Position numbers and translations under genes: made by a program
Shown: piece by piece, positions 47,047 through 55,520 of the stretch
Layout of the letters: each line of letters opens with the position of its first letter
Numbering within the stretch: the stretch's first letter is position 1
The notes under the pieces: generated by a model
The model's database searches: none
What the model was told of the DNA's origin: nothing
What the model saw: the letters and a program-made list of their open reading frames with translations, nothing else
NCBI GenBank assembly: GCA_041750285.1
Contig: JBGSZS010000004.1
Coordinates: forward strand, 128,001-192,000
Direction: 5' to 3'
DNA: 64,000 bases
From: Candidatus Fermentibacteraceae bacterium
Lineage (GTDB): Bacteria > Fermentibacterota > Fermentibacteria > Fermentibacterales > JCC-6

Positions 47047-49392
47047 ATGCCCGGTCACGTATACCATCGTGAAGTCACCATCATCGGGGGAACCTTCTCG
47101 GGGAACAAGGGCGCCGCAGGAATGCTCGAGGCGGCCATCGGTTCCCTCGGAGAACGTCTGCCGGAACCTGCCCTGTACAACGTTCTTTCCATATACCCAA
47201 AGGCAGACCGCGGCAAAACTCTGGCGGACGATGTCAACCTGATCGGAGTTACGCCTCCGGTCCTGGTCTTTGTGCTGCCTCCCCTTGCGCTGCTCTACGG
47301 GGTTCTGAAGCGCTTGCATCTTCCCCGGAAGTTCATGCTGAAGTTCAAACCGCTCAAAGCCATTGCCCGGGCGGATCTGGTACTGGACGTCAGCGGCATC
47401 TCATACGCCGATGACCGTGGTCTCACACTCCTTTACAATCTCGCCTGCAACTTGCCCGCCCTTTTCGCGGGAACTCCACAGATAAAGCTTTCCCAGGCTC
47501 TCGGTCCATTCAGAACACCTCTCAACAGGCTTGCGGCAAGGCTTGTCCTTCCAAGGATCAGTCGAATCTTCGCCAGGGGCGCGCAGACCGCCCGTTTTCT
47601 GGAGGAGGCCGGCCTGAACAACTGGGAGGAAGCGGATGATCTTGCCTTCCTTCTCGGAGACGCGCGCGAAGTTCGACTGCAGAGTTTCTCAAGCCTTTCT
47701 TTCCTCGACGAACCGGGTATCAGGATTGTGGGAATTTCTCCGAGTCAGGTCGTGGACAACTACATGAGGGCCGGTGGACGGAGCTTGACTGAGCAGCTCG
47801 TTCCGGTCCTCACGGATCTTCTGACCGACCCGTGCGTCAGGGTGGTGATCCTGGCTCACAGCATGCTGGCACCCGAAAAAAAGTCGAAGAACAACGACTA
47901 TCACATCGCCGTTGAACTGGGGGCCGCAATGGGTCCCAACCCGCGGGTGTCGGTGATCCTCGATGACCTTTCAGCGGTTGAACTGCGGGCTGTCATCGGG
48001 TGTTGTGAGGCTTTCATCGCCTGCCGCTTCCACAGCATGGTTTCCGCCCTGTGCGCCGGTACACCTGTGATAGTTGTGGGATGGTCCCACAAGTACCATG
48101 AGGTGATGGGGCGTTTCGGCCTGGAAAGGTATGTGATCGACCACACCACTCTGAATCCCGGCGGTCTTTCCGGAATGGTCCACCGCCTGCTCCACGAGAA
48201 GGACACCGTACGAGCCTCAATTCTGGAAGCGCTTCCATCGGTCGTGAACTCCGCCGGGAGGAACATCGACTTCGCGGCGGAGCGCCTTGCATGCCCCGGG
48301 ATAAGTGCGGGAACGGGAAAGACCGCCGCAAGGCTGTACCGGAAGTTCTTCGAAGGCGTATGGAAAGGCGCGTGGCTGGGCTACTCCGCCAGACCTGACA
48401 TAAGGGAGGGCGCCGCGTCGGGTGGGGCGGTTAGCTCCCTTCTGATCAGCATGATCGAAAGCGGCAGGATACAGGGCGCCATAGTGGCAAGAAGCGTCGT
48501 GAAGGATGGAAGCCTCGGGTTCGAAACTTTCCCTGCCACCACGGAACGGGACATCCTTTCCTCGATGACCAGCATCTACAGCGATTTCAACCACACCTCG
48601 GAAATGATCGGCCTGGTAAGGCAAAGTACGGGGAAACTTGCAGTGGTGGGCCTGCCCTGCCAGATCTCCGCCCTGGAATCCTTCCTCGAAAACAACCCCG
48701 ATCACAGGGAAAAGGTGTTCTGCAAAGTAGCGCTGTGGTGCGGGCACGCCACTGAAAGGAAGCTCATCGATGACTTTCTTGCCATCAAGGGCATCGACCT
48801 GAACAAGGCTGAAAAGCTTTTCTATAGAAGAGGCTTGTGGCGGGGCAGGACTGAAGTGCTCATGAAAACCGGAGAAACCGTTTCATTCCCCTTCAGCTCC
48901 GGTTACGGCCTTTACCAGAACCTCTACGTAGACTGCTGCCGCAGGTGCCTGTCCTGTCCGGACCACTTCGGAAGCCGTTCGGACATCAGCTTCGGGGACG
49001 CGTGGCTTTCGGAACTGAAAAAGGGGCGAATCAAGTACTCGATGGCCCTTGCGCACACCGACAAGGGAAAAGACCTGATGAACGAGGCAAAGGGAGGAAG
49101 CATGCTGAAGCTCTTTGATTGCGACCTTCTTCTGCCCCTGAAAGCCCAGAAAAGAGCGGTGATCTGGCATACCCACAACGCCGCGGCCCGTTCAGCAATC
49201 GCGCCGCTTTTCGGACTGCGGCTGGCCGGCATTCCCGGTTTGAAACCCCGGATAAGGGACTACCCCGCCGCCTTCATCATCCTTCTTTTCGTCAGGTGGT
49301 CCGGATCGCGGATGCGCCCTCTTCTGTTCCGAACCCCCGGGCCGCTTCTGAAGCTTGTCATGCTGGTCCAGAAGTTCTTCCTGAACAGCTGA
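47047..49392 (+). CDS. Polysaccharide pyruvyltransferase (WcaK/CsaB-like) fused to an FrhB/FdhB-family domain
   Basis: N-half: GNKGAAGM, SQALGPF, FARG, DLAF, CRFHSMV, WSHKY; C-half: AASGGAVS, SIY, VVGLPCQI, LWCG, YRRGLWRG, CLSCPD, DISFGDAW. Confidence 0.85.
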   Translation: MPGHVYHREVTIIGGTFSGNKGAAGMLEAAIGSLGERLPEPALYNVLSIYPKADRGKTLADDVNLIGVTPPVLVFVLPPLALLYGVLKRLHLPRKFMLKFKPLKAIARADLVLDVSGISYADDRGLTLLYNLACNLPALFAGTPQIKLSQALGPFRTPLNRLAARLVLPRISRIFARGAQTARFLEEAGLNNWEEADDLAFLLGDAREVRLQSFSSLSFLDEPGIRIVGISPSQVVDNYMRAGGRSLTEQLVPVLTDLLTDPCVRVVILAHSMLAPEKKSKNNDYHIAVELGAAMGPNPRVSVILDDLSAVELRAVIGCCEAFIACRFHSMVSALCAGTPVIVVGWSHKYHEVMGRFGLERYVIDHTTLNPGGLSGMVHRLLHEKDTVRASILEALPSVVNSAGRNIDFAAERLACPGISAGTGKTAARLYRKFFEGVWKGAWLGYSARPDIREGAASGGAVSSLLISMIESGRIQGAIVARSVVKDGSLGFETFPATTERDILSSMTSIYSDFNHTSEMIGLVRQSTGKLAVVGLPCQISALESFLENNPDHREKVFCKVALWCGHATERKLIDDFLAIKGIDLNKAEKLFYRRGLWRGRTEVLMKTGETVSFPFSSGYGLYQNLYVDCCRRCLSCPDHFGSRSDISFGDAWLSELKKGRIKYSMALAHTDKGKDLMNEAKGGSMLKLFDCDLLLPLKAQKRAVIWHTHNAAARSAIAPLFGLRLAGIPGLKPRIRDYPAAFIILLFVRWSGSRMRPLLFRTPGPLLKLVMLVQKFFLNS

Positions 49393-49395
49393 AGA

Positions 49396-50307
49396 ATGAC
49401 AAGGAAGAACGTCTACCGTCTGGTGCTTTCCCTGCTGGCAACCGGTGGGGTGGCATACCTGGTAGTGAACAGCTACAACGAGATCAGCCGGTTCCGGTTC
49501 ACCTACAACTGGCCGATGCTTGTCGTCGCGTTCTTCCTGGAGGTCCTGGCATACCTCTGCAGGTTCAGGATATGGCTTGGGATAACCGACGAACTCGATC
49601 TGAAGACGTCAAAACTCGCCGCTGCAAGAGGTTACTTCCTCTCCACCCTCGGCAAGTACATCCCGGGAAATGTGGGCCTTTTCCTCGCCAGGGTCGAGGC
49701 GTACAGGGGGTATTCCCGAAGCAGGGTGGCGGTTGCCGCGATCGTCGAGTATGTGGCCACGATCGCATCATCATGTCTTCTGGTGGTGATTGGGCTTGCG
49801 GCGGCGCCCTTTTCCGTTCCGCCGGGCATCAGGCTTGGCGCTGGCGCGCTGGCCGTCGTTCTTCTCATTTCCCTTCACCAGCGTTTCCTCCTCGGGCTGA
49901 TCAACAGGGTGCTCAGCCTGGCAAAGAGAAAACCGGTCCGGAGTTTCCCGTCCTGGTCGATGCAGGTCCGGTTCGTGCTTGCATTCATTCTTGTAGGCCT
50001 TCTTCAGGGAATGGCCATGTTCGTCGTGCTGAATGCGCTCCACCCGACTAGTTTTGACAACTACCTCGCCATAACGGGTGCCTACTACGCCGCGGGACTC
50101 ATAGGGCTTGCCATTGTCTTCGCACCCAGCGGCATCGGCGTGAGGGAGGGCGTTCTCATGCTTATCCTGCCCTCGATGGTACCGCGCCCGGTCGCAATCG
50201 TTTCGACTGTTCTGATACGCCTGGTAGCCACCTCGGGAGAGCTGGTGCTTGCGGGATTGTTCTCGCTCAAAAGGCGCAACAAGGCAGCGGGAAGTGCTGA
50301 TTCCTGA
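49396..50307 (+). CDS. LPG-synthase TM / flippase-like membrane protein
   Basis: About eight TM segments; LGKYIPG and APSGIGVREG motifs. Confidence 0.85.
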   Translation: MTRKNVYRLVLSLLATGGVAYLVVNSYNEISRFRFTYNWPMLVVAFFLEVLAYLCRFRIWLGITDELDLKTSKLAAARGYFLSTLGKYIPGNVGLFLARVEAYRGYSRSRVAVAAIVEYVATIASSCLLVVIGLAAAPFSVPPGIRLGAGALAVVLLISLHQRFLLGLINRVLSLAKRKPVRSFPSWSMQVRFVLAFILVGLLQGMAMFVVLNALHPTSFDNYLAITGAYYAAGLIGLAIVFAPSGIGVREGVLMLILPSMVPRPVAIVSTVLIRLVATSGELVLAGLFSLKRRNKAAGSADS

Positions 50308-50373
50308 TGTTTGTGCGGGAAGCGGACGCAGGCAATATTACATCAAAGGCATGCATCAAACCGGGAGACACAA

Positions 50374-51291
50374 ATGGTTTTGATCCTCTCATTGTCGCTG
50401 CTGGGCTCAGTGCCGCTCAACCCCCTGCTCCTTCTCCCCGATTCCGTTGAGGTAACGGTGATCAACCGGATCGATGGCGCCACCATCGAATCCCTGCATT
50501 TCCTCCTTCCGGAAAGCACAACGATAGAAGAAGCATTCATCGACCATCCGATCCCTGTCGGAGATTCCGCACATGTAACTCTCCCCTTCCGTTACATCAG
50601 CAGGGTCGTGATCGGTACGGACCGCATGGGCAATTACAGAAGGGCGCTCATCGCATTCAACCCACAAGGCGACACCCTCTCCTTCTCCCGTGCCGACAAG
50701 GAGTTCGGCGGATTCTTCGACGTGATACTGGGGTCCGAGCTCTACTTCATAAGGAATGTCACCACGGTTCCCATCACCGCCGTGTATTTGAGGGCGGACA
50801 CTCTCGCCGAGCGGAACATCCTTGGCAGCAACCCCCTTCTTACAAACGAGAGCATCTTCCTCTGGATGGACGCCGACAGCGCATGGGTGAGGGCGGTTGA
50901 CATCGAGGGCAACAGCTCAGCGACACTCCCGATCCAAAAGTCTCGGGAGTACGGAGCAAACTCCTTCAGGATAAGCGATTTTGTGGAACCAGCAGAGCCC
51001 GTCCGGGCAGGTGAGATAAGGGTTATCAGCGGGTTGAACGGCGGCGAGATAACGGGTATCGAAGTGTACCCGGTCGTTGATGAACCCTTCTACTTGAACC
51101 TCGAGCAGGATCCGCTGATGCTCTGGGATCAACTAACGATACGATGCCCTGGGGAAGTCGAATACCTGATCTGCTATGACAGTATGAACAGGTCGTTTTC
51201 GATTGACACCACGGACCCTGAAACCGATGCCTTCATTGTAGACTGGTGGCACCTCGATTTCGATTTCTCCTTCCCGGACAGGAGAAGGTGA
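50374..51291 (+). CDS. Exported beta-rich protein with degenerate copies of the L1-L5 repeat domain
   Basis: Hydrophobic leader; VTVINRIDGATIE..PIPVGDS..GTDRMGN and IRNVTTVPITAVY..NILGSNPL..RAVDIEGN. Confidence 0.6.
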   Translation: MVLILSLSLLGSVPLNPLLLLPDSVEVTVINRIDGATIESLHFLLPESTTIEEAFIDHPIPVGDSAHVTLPFRYISRVVIGTDRMGNYRRALIAFNPQGDTLSFSRADKEFGGFFDVILGSELYFIRNVTTVPITAVYLRADTLAERNILGSNPLLTNESIFLWMDADSAWVRAVDIEGNSSATLPIQKSREYGANSFRISDFVEPAEPVRAGEIRVISGLNGGEITGIEVYPVVDEPFYLNLEQDPLMLWDQLTIRCPGEVEYLICYDSMNRSFSIDTTDPETDAFIVDWWHLDFDFSFPDRRR

Positions 51292-53138
51292 TGTTCGACT
51301 GGCTCAGTCCGCTGGTTTTCGTTCAGACACTTGCGCGTGTGGCCGTGGTCTGGCTTGCTTTCTACGGCGCGGGAAAGGTTCTCAGAAAGCCTCTCAGAAT
51401 CGACGCGGTGTTTCCGCTGCTCCCGTCGGAATTGCTCGGTCTTCTCGCATTTGTCATCCTGGCGGTTCCCCTCTCCCTTCTGGGCATAATGAACCGCACG
51501 GTCTGCCCCATGATCCTGGTGCTCATGGCTATTCCCGGAACGCTTTTCACCTACGGGGCACTGAGGGACCGATTCCCGCTTCCAAAGCCAAAACTTCTGA
51601 CCATCGTCTTCGGGGCTTTCATGCTGTTCGTTCTCCTGCTCAACTTTACCAATGCTTTCATGCCGAACCTGGCCTTTGACGACCCTCTGGTAACCTATGC
51701 CGTTCAGCCTGACCGCTGGCTGAATGCCGGCCGGGTGTTCTGGCTGGAAGAGACAACGTTCTCCGGTTTCCCTCTGCTCTATGAGATGACAGCTGTATGG
51801 CCGGCGGCCATTTCGTCCGACAGGATCAATCAACTGAGTGTACTCCAGGTTTTTCAGATGAGCATGCTGGTGCTTGCCGTATTCAGGGGAGTTTCACTGA
51901 TGCGAGTGGGAAGGAAGCTAAGACTGCCGGCTGCGGTCATCGTATTCCTGACTACCTCCATTTACACGTGGTGCTCCATGGCAAAAACCGATACCATGGC
52001 ACTTCTCTTTGGAACAATGGCGCTCGCTGCCGCGGTTCGCCAGAGGGAGAATGACTTTCAGGGGTCACCCCTTTCATCGTGGCTCTTCATGGGGCTGACA
52101 CTGGCCACCAAGCAGACCGCCGTGCTCATCCTGGCACCCTTTCTGCTTTACTCCTGGGGAGCTTTCCTCCGGTATTCGCTGAAATGGAAACTGCTCGCCC
52201 TGCTTGCCCTGGCCACCGCCCCGGGAGCATTCGCCGTAAGGACCATGTTGAAGACGGGCAGCCCCACCTATCCATTCTATCCGGTAACATCAATGGTAAG
52301 GGAAGGGTGGGAACTGAACCGCCCTCCCGAGAACACCATTGTCAACACCAGGTCGTCGTACCTGTACGAACACAAGAATTTTCCAATGGCGAAGCATGTG
52401 GGGATCTTCTTCGCCTACATGGAGGGAAACGTCCTGCTTCTCATCGCAGGGATCGCGACGGCCCTGATCTTAAAGCGCTGGGGCGACCTGTATCTTGTTC
52501 TTCCCGTTCTGGCATACTCAGCCCTGGCTATCATCGCCTTTTGGCCGCCCTGGTGGGGGGCGAAGTACTCCATCCCCCTCTACCCATTCATCGCATTGCT
52601 TGGGGCAAAGCTCCTCTCCAGAAGCAGGGCCGGGGTCTGGATAGCAGCTTTCCTTGTGATCCCCTCATTTATCATTCCCGGTTTCATCGCGGTTGCGGGA
52701 GACCCCAAGCCCTTCTCGTATAGAACGACCGTCGCAGAATCAGTGCTCAGGGGAGGATGGAAATCAGAATCCGGTTACGGGATGTGGCTGTCCACTCCGG
52801 AGGGAATGACCCATATGTGGGCCAACACAGCCCTTCCACCGGAGACGGTAATACTCTCGCTGCACGAGGAAAAAAGGTATTTCTTCGATGGAACCGTGAT
52901 CGTTGGTTGGCGGCATCCAATTGCCCAGAGGTTGTACCAAGAAAACTCTCTGGAAGAAGAACTCGAAATTCTCAAGTATCTACGGGTAGACTATGTGGGA
53001 ATCCACAGAGAGAACCCCGCAGTGCTTGACCAGGAGCGAAGTCTTCAGATTCTCGACCATATAGGAACCGGAGAGCTGTTGGAGCCTGTGATGATCGTAG
53101 ACGGAGGATACCTTCTCTGCAGGTTCAATCCTGAATGA
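51291..53138 (+). CDS. Polytopic membrane protein, GT-C (ArnT/PMT-like) glycosyltransferase candidate
   Basis: More than ten TM segments; first loop with FDD, FP.LYE, KTD, TKQT, TGSPTYPF, KY.IP; periplasmic C-terminal domain. Confidence 0.6.
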   Translation: MFDWLSPLVFVQTLARVAVVWLAFYGAGKVLRKPLRIDAVFPLLPSELLGLLAFVILAVPLSLLGIMNRTVCPMILVLMAIPGTLFTYGALRDRFPLPKPKLLTIVFGAFMLFVLLLNFTNAFMPNLAFDDPLVTYAVQPDRWLNAGRVFWLEETTFSGFPLLYEMTAVWPAAISSDRINQLSVLQVFQMSMLVLAVFRGVSLMRVGRKLRLPAAVIVFLTTSIYTWCSMAKTDTMALLFGTMALAAAVRQRENDFQGSPLSSWLFMGLTLATKQTAVLILAPFLLYSWGAFLRYSLKWKLLALLALATAPGAFAVRTMLKTGSPTYPFYPVTSMVREGWELNRPPENTIVNTRSSYLYEHKNFPMAKHVGIFFAYMEGNVLLLIAGIATALILKRWGDLYLVLPVLAYSALAIIAFWPPWWGAKYSIPLYPFIALLGAKLLSRSRAGVWIAAFLVIPSFIIPGFIAVAGDPKPFSYRTTVAESVLRGGWKSESGYGMWLSTPEGMTHMWANTALPPETVILSLHEEKRYFFDGTVIVGWRHPIAQRLYQENSLEEELEILKYLRVDYVGIHRENPAVLDQERSLQILDHIGTGELLEPVMIVDGGYLLCRFNPE

Positions 53139-53140
53139 TG

Positions 53141-53521
53141 TTATTCAAAATTCTGCCATGATGCCACGCCGTTGTCTATCTGGCCATGACTGGGCGTGTT
53201 GGGGCACGTGATGGTGAAACTGGCGGAAGGGTCCAGATAGAGCGCGTTCACTGTTATTGTGTGCGGAGTGTTACATCCCGGACAGACAACTCCCTCGAGG
53301 TTGAGAACACTGAGCTGGTCTGTGTACATCCCTTGACTCGAGAAGTGAATCACCTCCTGGCTTGCTATGGTGCGCATGTTTGCCCTGCATGCGTTCCTCT
53401 TGGCAGCCTCGGAAACGTCATTGAACTTCGGAATGGCAATGGCGGCCAGAATCCCGATTATGACCACGACTATCATCAGCTCTATCAGGGTGAAACCTAT
53501 CAGAAACCGCGATTTTCTCAC
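53141..53521 (-). CDS. pilA: Type IV pilin, second copy
   Basis: G|FTLIELMIVVVIIGILAAIAIP class III signal; AAGGAGG RBS. Confidence 0.9.
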   Translation of the reverse strand: MRKSRFLIGFTLIELMIVVVIIGILAAIAIPKFNDVSEAAKRNACRANMRTIASQEVIHFSSQGMYTDQLSVLNLEGVVCPGCNTPHTITVNALYLDPSASFTITCPNTPSHGQIDNGVASWQNFE

Positions 53522-53556
53522 ATCCCCTCCTTAAAAAAGAGCACAGAACTAGTAAA

Positions 53557-53572
53557 AGCAATTCTGTTGCCA
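53557..53572 (-). promoter_or_regulatory. Sigma54 (-24/-12) promoter of the second pilin
   Basis: TGGCAACAGAATTGCT, GG-N10-GC. Confidence 0.75.
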
Positions 53573-53591
53573 ACAGCATTGGAGTGGAAGT

Positions 53592-53623
53592 AAAAAAAGG
53601 GGGAGCCGAAGCTCCCCCTTTTT
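53592..53623. terminator. Bidirectional Rho-independent terminator between the pilins
   Basis: A7-GGGGGAGC-CGAA-GCTCCCCC-T5. Confidence 0.9.
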
Positions 53624-53634
53624 ATTAAAAGCGA

Positions 53635-54009
53635 CTATTCGTTGAAATCAGTCCAGGAGGCGATACCGTTCACAATTTCGCCATGGAACGGGTCGGCCTG
53701 AGGACATTCGATCGTGAAGCTGGCAGACGGATCAAGGCCAAGGTCTGCCACTGTAAGGACATGAGCGCCCTGGGTCCCGGGGCAGACAACACCAGAAAGA
53801 CCAAGATCATCCTGACTGTCAGTGTATACACCCTCACCTGCGAAGTAAATCACTTCCTGGCTGGCGATTGTGCGCATGTTGGCGCGGCAGGCGTTCCTCT
53901 TGGCGGCCTCGGAAACATCATTGAACTTGGGAATGGCGATGGCGGCGAGGATGCCGATGATGACCACCACGATCATGAGCTCAATCAGGGTGAAGCCCTT
54001 TTTCTTCAT
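53635..54009 (-). CDS. pilA: Type IV pilin, probable major pilin
   Basis: MKKKG|FTLIELMIVVVIIGILAAIAIP; AAGGAG RBS; strong terminator after it. Confidence 0.92.
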   Translation of the reverse strand: MKKKGFTLIELMIVVVIIGILAAIAIPKFNDVSEAAKRNACRANMRTIASQEVIYFAGEGVYTDSQDDLGLSGVVCPGTQGAHVLTVADLGLDPSASFTIECPQADPFHGEIVNGIASWTDFNE

Positions 54010-54062
54010 TTCATGCTCCTTCTCTACGGTTATGTCCGGACGGACAACTGCGCTGTTGTTTA

Positions 54063-54078
54063 TGCAAACCGATTGCCA
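54063..54078 (-). promoter_or_regulatory. Sigma54 (-24/-12) promoter of the first pilin
   Basis: TGGCAATCGGTTTGCA, GG-N10-GC, directly downstream of pilR. Confidence 0.85.
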
Positions 54079-54139
54079 ACGCGTCAAGCTTTATTATACA
54101 TCTCCTTTCTTTGTTAGATATGGCTTTCGTCATGCCTGT

Positions 54140-54154
54140 GTTGCATTCTGCAAC
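54140..54154. promoter_or_regulatory. Candidate PilR upstream activator site
   Basis: Palindrome GTTGCA-TTC-TGCAAC 60-75 bp upstream of the -24 element, with an AT-rich tract between. Confidence 0.55.
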
Positions 54155-54158
54155 TGTG

Positions 54159-55520
54159 CTACTGCAATCCGTACCTGCCAAGCTTCCTGTGAAGCGTGCT
54201 TGCGTTGATGCCCAGGAGCTCGGCAGCCTTTGTCTTGTTGCCCCCGGCCCTGTGCTCGAGCGTGTAGAGGATCCACGCCTTTTCCACTTCGTCGAGGTTC
54301 GATGGCAGAACGGCTTTTTGCTCCTCGCGGCGTTCTTCGGGGTCTTCGGCCCTGTCGGCGCCCCTGAAGTGGGCCGGGTGGTGCTCGGGCCTTACAGTCT
54401 CTTCTGTGGTCATAACACACAGGCGTTCCACGAGGTTTTCGAGTTCCCTCACGTTGCCGGGCCAGCTACGGTCCTCGAGTATCTGGAGGGTCTCCTCGGA
54501 AAAGTTTTTGCTGAAGCCCCCCCTTCTTATGAAGTGGTCCACCAGGGGCCGGATGTCGTCCCTTCTCTCCCGCAGGGCCGGAACCCTTAGGGGTATGACG
54601 TTGAGCCTGTAGAAAAGGTCTTCCCTGAAGTCGTTGTTGGCCACCATTCGTTCGAGGTCGCGGTTGGTGGCGCACACCAGCCTTGCCCTGAACGGCAGTG
54701 TGGCGTTGCCCCCGACGGGGCGGATCTGCCTCTCCTGAAGGGCCCGGAGAAGCTTGACCTGAAGCTCGCGGTCCATCTCGCTGACCTCGTCGAGGAAGAA
54801 GGTGCCCTCGCCCGCGGCGGTCATGAGCCCCTCCTTGTCACGGTGCGCCCCGGTGAAACTGCCCTTCATGTGGCCGAAGAGCTCGCTTTCAAGAAGGTTT
54901 TTGGAAAGGCTTCCGCAGTTCACGCCCAAAAAGGGCTTGTCCGCCCTGTGGCTGTTGTAGTGAAGGGCTTTGGCAATAAGCTCCTTGCCCGTTCCGCTCT
55001 CGCCCGTGATGAGGACGGTGCTTGGCTGGTCGGCGACCTTCCTTACGCTTTCCAGAAGCGCCAGCATGGGTTCTGATTTACCTACAATGCCGGAGAAGTC
55101 GAACTCCCTGCGGACCTCGGTGCGGAGCCTTGCGTTCTCTGTCTTGACCTGGCGCTGGTTGAGCGCCTTCTCTATTGCGAGCAGGAGCTGTTCGGCCCTG
55201 AATGGCTTTACAAGGTAGTCCTCCACGCCTTCCCTGATGGCTTTGACCGCTGTTTCAACGCTGGAGTAGGCAGTGATGAGAATGCCCGCAAGTTCCGGGT
55301 TCTGTCTTCTCATTGTGCCAAAAAGCTCGAGACCGGTCATCCCCGGCATCCTGATGTCGGTTATCAGCACCCTGGGATGATTTGCCTGAGCCCACTTGAG
55401 AGCGTCGACGGGGTTCGGGAAGCACGCTACCTCGTATCCGTTCTCTTCGAGAAGCAGCCCCAGCCACTCCAGCATTGGCTTTTCATCGTCCACGAGAAGG
55501 ATGCCCGGTCTATCCTCCAT
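54159..55520 (-). CDS. pilR: Sigma54-dependent response regulator (PilR/NtrC family)
   Basis: Receiver (VDDE, TDIRMP, KPF), GESGTGKE, ESELFGHMKGSFTGA, DLFYRLNV, WPGNVREL, Fis-type HTH. Confidence 0.9.
   Translation of the reverse strand: MEDRPGILLVDDEKPMLEWLGLLLEENGYEVACFPNPVDALKWAQANHPRVLITDIRMPGMTGLELFGTMRRQNPELAGILITAYSSVETAVKAIREGVEDYLVKPFRAEQLLLAIEKALNQRQVKTENARLRTEVRREFDFSGIVGKSEPMLALLESVRKVADQPSTVLITGESGTGKELIAKALHYNSHRADKPFLGVNCGSLSKNLLESELFGHMKGSFTGAHRDKEGLMTAAGEGTFFLDEVSEMDRELQVKLLRALQERQIRPVGGNATLPFRARLVCATNRDLERMVANNDFREDLFYRLNVIPLRVPALRERRDDIRPLVDHFIRRGGFSKNFSEETLQILEDRSWPGNVRELENLVERLCVMTTEETVRPEHHPAHFRGADRAEDPEERREEQKAVLPSNLDEVEKAWILYTLEHRAGGNKTKAAELLGINASTLHRKLGRYGLQ

Noticed and set aside
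47047..49392. True F420-reducing hydrogenase subunit
   Set aside because: No hydrogenase large or small subunit nearby; the domain is fused to a glycan-modifying enzyme
53141..54009. Electrically conductive (e-pili) interpretation of the pilins
   Set aside because: F1, F24, Y50, F51 and Y57 are present in the first pilin but positions 27 and 32 are Val and Lys, aromatics are sparse, and the pilins are full length
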